From Blasia pusilla (lineage: Eukaryota), in the NCBI GenBank assembly GCA_050084515.1, contig CM114271.1, positions 8,060,001 through 8,124,000 of the forward strand: a DNA stretch of 64,000 bases, written 5' to 3'. The notes below the pieces were generated by a model. That model saw only the letters and a program-made list of their open reading frames with translations, did not search any database and was not told where the DNA came from. The position numbers and the translations under genes are program-made. Shown here piece by piece: positions 62,502 through 64,000 of the stretch. Position 1 is the first letter of the stretch; each line of letters begins with the position of its first letter.

Positions 62502-63991
62502 TGTCTCACCAGGTAATACATGGCCAGCACACAACCCAGGTGAAAATGTTGCTAGTTCCACCAGTTTGGTCCCATGTAAGAGCTTAGGGCCAGATCAAAA
62601 GATCAGATCTACAAGATGTACTCCTTAACAGCTGTAAACCCCACCTCTTTACCTTAAGAGGCTGGAGAAACTCTCTCCACTTCAGTATCACAATCCTATC
62701 CTCACCCTACTAACCAAAACTCCTTCCTTTCTCTTGAGTGCTTTGAGTGGAGTGGCCAGTGGAACCCAACAAGCACACTCTACTTAGAAATCACAGTCAA
62801 GAATGACCAGGGCAGCATAAGGTCCTCCAATGTGCTGCCTTGGACTAGTTGAATGTACCAAGGACATCCTCTAAAGTACACCCAACTCCTAACCGATCAA
62901 GTAGTGCAATCACCTTCTTCTTCTCCTCATACCTTGCTGATCCTTTGTTCTCCCTTCTTGTTCAGGTAGTAGGAGACTTAACAGGCTGAGCCCATGGTCT
63001 TCTACCTATAGGGGACCTCAAGCATGACCCTCTCTCTCTCTCTCCACTCACTAACTCTTATCACTTACCGGACTGAAGTCCAGGTTGTCACACCCGAAGT
63101 AATCATGTGATTGGTGTCAAAGGCCAAGCTTAGGTGGGCGTAACAGCAAGCTTTCCAAGCACACCTTGGTAAAGCACAATCTTGGAACCCAAGCTTGCCT
63201 CCCCCTCTGGTACTGACCTCTTGTCCACTCCCCTGCACTTTTGAATGATTAGTTGAATCAGCTCCAAGAATCTCCCTTCATCAAGCCCTCCCCCAACTCA
63301 TCACTCAATCATGCACATACTCAGATACAGGGCAATGGTGTGAACTCATTTCACAGGGCTACCTCCTGTGTATCACAAAATCAAAGAGTACATGAGAGAC
63401 CTTCTTAGTCTCAGCCCCCTTCAAGCACACTACACACTACCTAGATCTGGGAGCACATAACTTTGCTGGTTAGCTTGGCTCAAGAGATCGAGTGTCTACT
63501 AGCCAACAACATGTATATGCCCGCCTTCAAGCAAACCCAACAGAGTATTTATAAGTGAAGCTGAGAGCCCTCTTCTTCCTTGGGCTTCTCTGGCATTCTG
63601 GGTTCCTACCTTCCTACAAATCTACCTCCCCCTAAGCATCTACTCCAAGGCATCTACTCCCTGAAATTTCTACCTCATCTACTTCTGAACCTGTCCCAAC
63701 TAAAGTCTCTTGAGCAGCATTTCCCAAGCTTGCTTCTTCTCAAGCTGGTTCGAGCTTCCCTTGGATGCTCTTCAGCTCCTCACTTGATCTCATTACTTCC
63801 CTGATGCTCCTCACCTGATCTCATTACTTCCCTGATGCTCTTCAGCTCCTCACCTAATCTCATTACTTCCCTGATGCTCCTCAGCTGATCTCATTTAAAT
63901 TGCAGATTGTGGTTCTAGCTCCTTCTACTCACCTAACTAGAGTCCCAAAAGTATCTAACACACATGGGAGCCACTTATGAAGGGGCGCACA
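62502..63991 (-). repeat. 3' LTR of Gypsy family A (inverted; internal region should continue beyond the window end)
   Basis: Reverse complement of 40887-42424 with one fewer 39-bp unit. On its own strand it is followed by CGAAG (CTTCG at 62497-62501 on +). No PBS after it. Confidence 0.9.
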
Positions 63992-64000
63992 TAATCCCAG

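Noticed and set aside
62502-63991. Independent solo LTR
   Set aside because: Its flanks (CTTCG / TAATC) do not form a TSD, while one flank matches the TSD of the 40887 LTR.

Overview
Repeat-rich eukaryotic DNA, almost certainly land plant; a bryophyte or other non-seed plant is plausible but not provable from sequence. It holds one intact host gene: an ASR3/SH4-type trihelix transcription factor (3 exons, 19455-30245) with an unusual duplicated trihelix exon. The rest is nested transposon debris: a CACTA end, a Helitron RepHel relic, two LTR families with TSDs, a P-element-like transposase relic and a Ty3/Gypsy element with a tRNA-Asp PBS. The most notable content is three copies of a ~10 kb Mutator-like (MULE) DNA transposon (1-4262; 34281-40886 plus 58525-62501; 47843-58264). 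Its DDE/SWIM transposase is paired head-to-head with an intron-containing gene encoding a prokaryotic-type beta-class N6-adenine/N4-cytosine DNA methyltransferase fold with a degenerate catalytic motif. The element's introns, intergenic spacer and subterminal regions carry dozens of copies of a 29-bp palindrome, TGCAACCCGTCGGA-N-TCCGACGGGTTGCA, centred on GANTC and separated by variable spacers. A shared TSD (CGAAG) on two oppositely oriented LTRs shows that everything from about 58265 onward has been inverted. All protein assignments come from recognising motifs by eye; no database searches were run.
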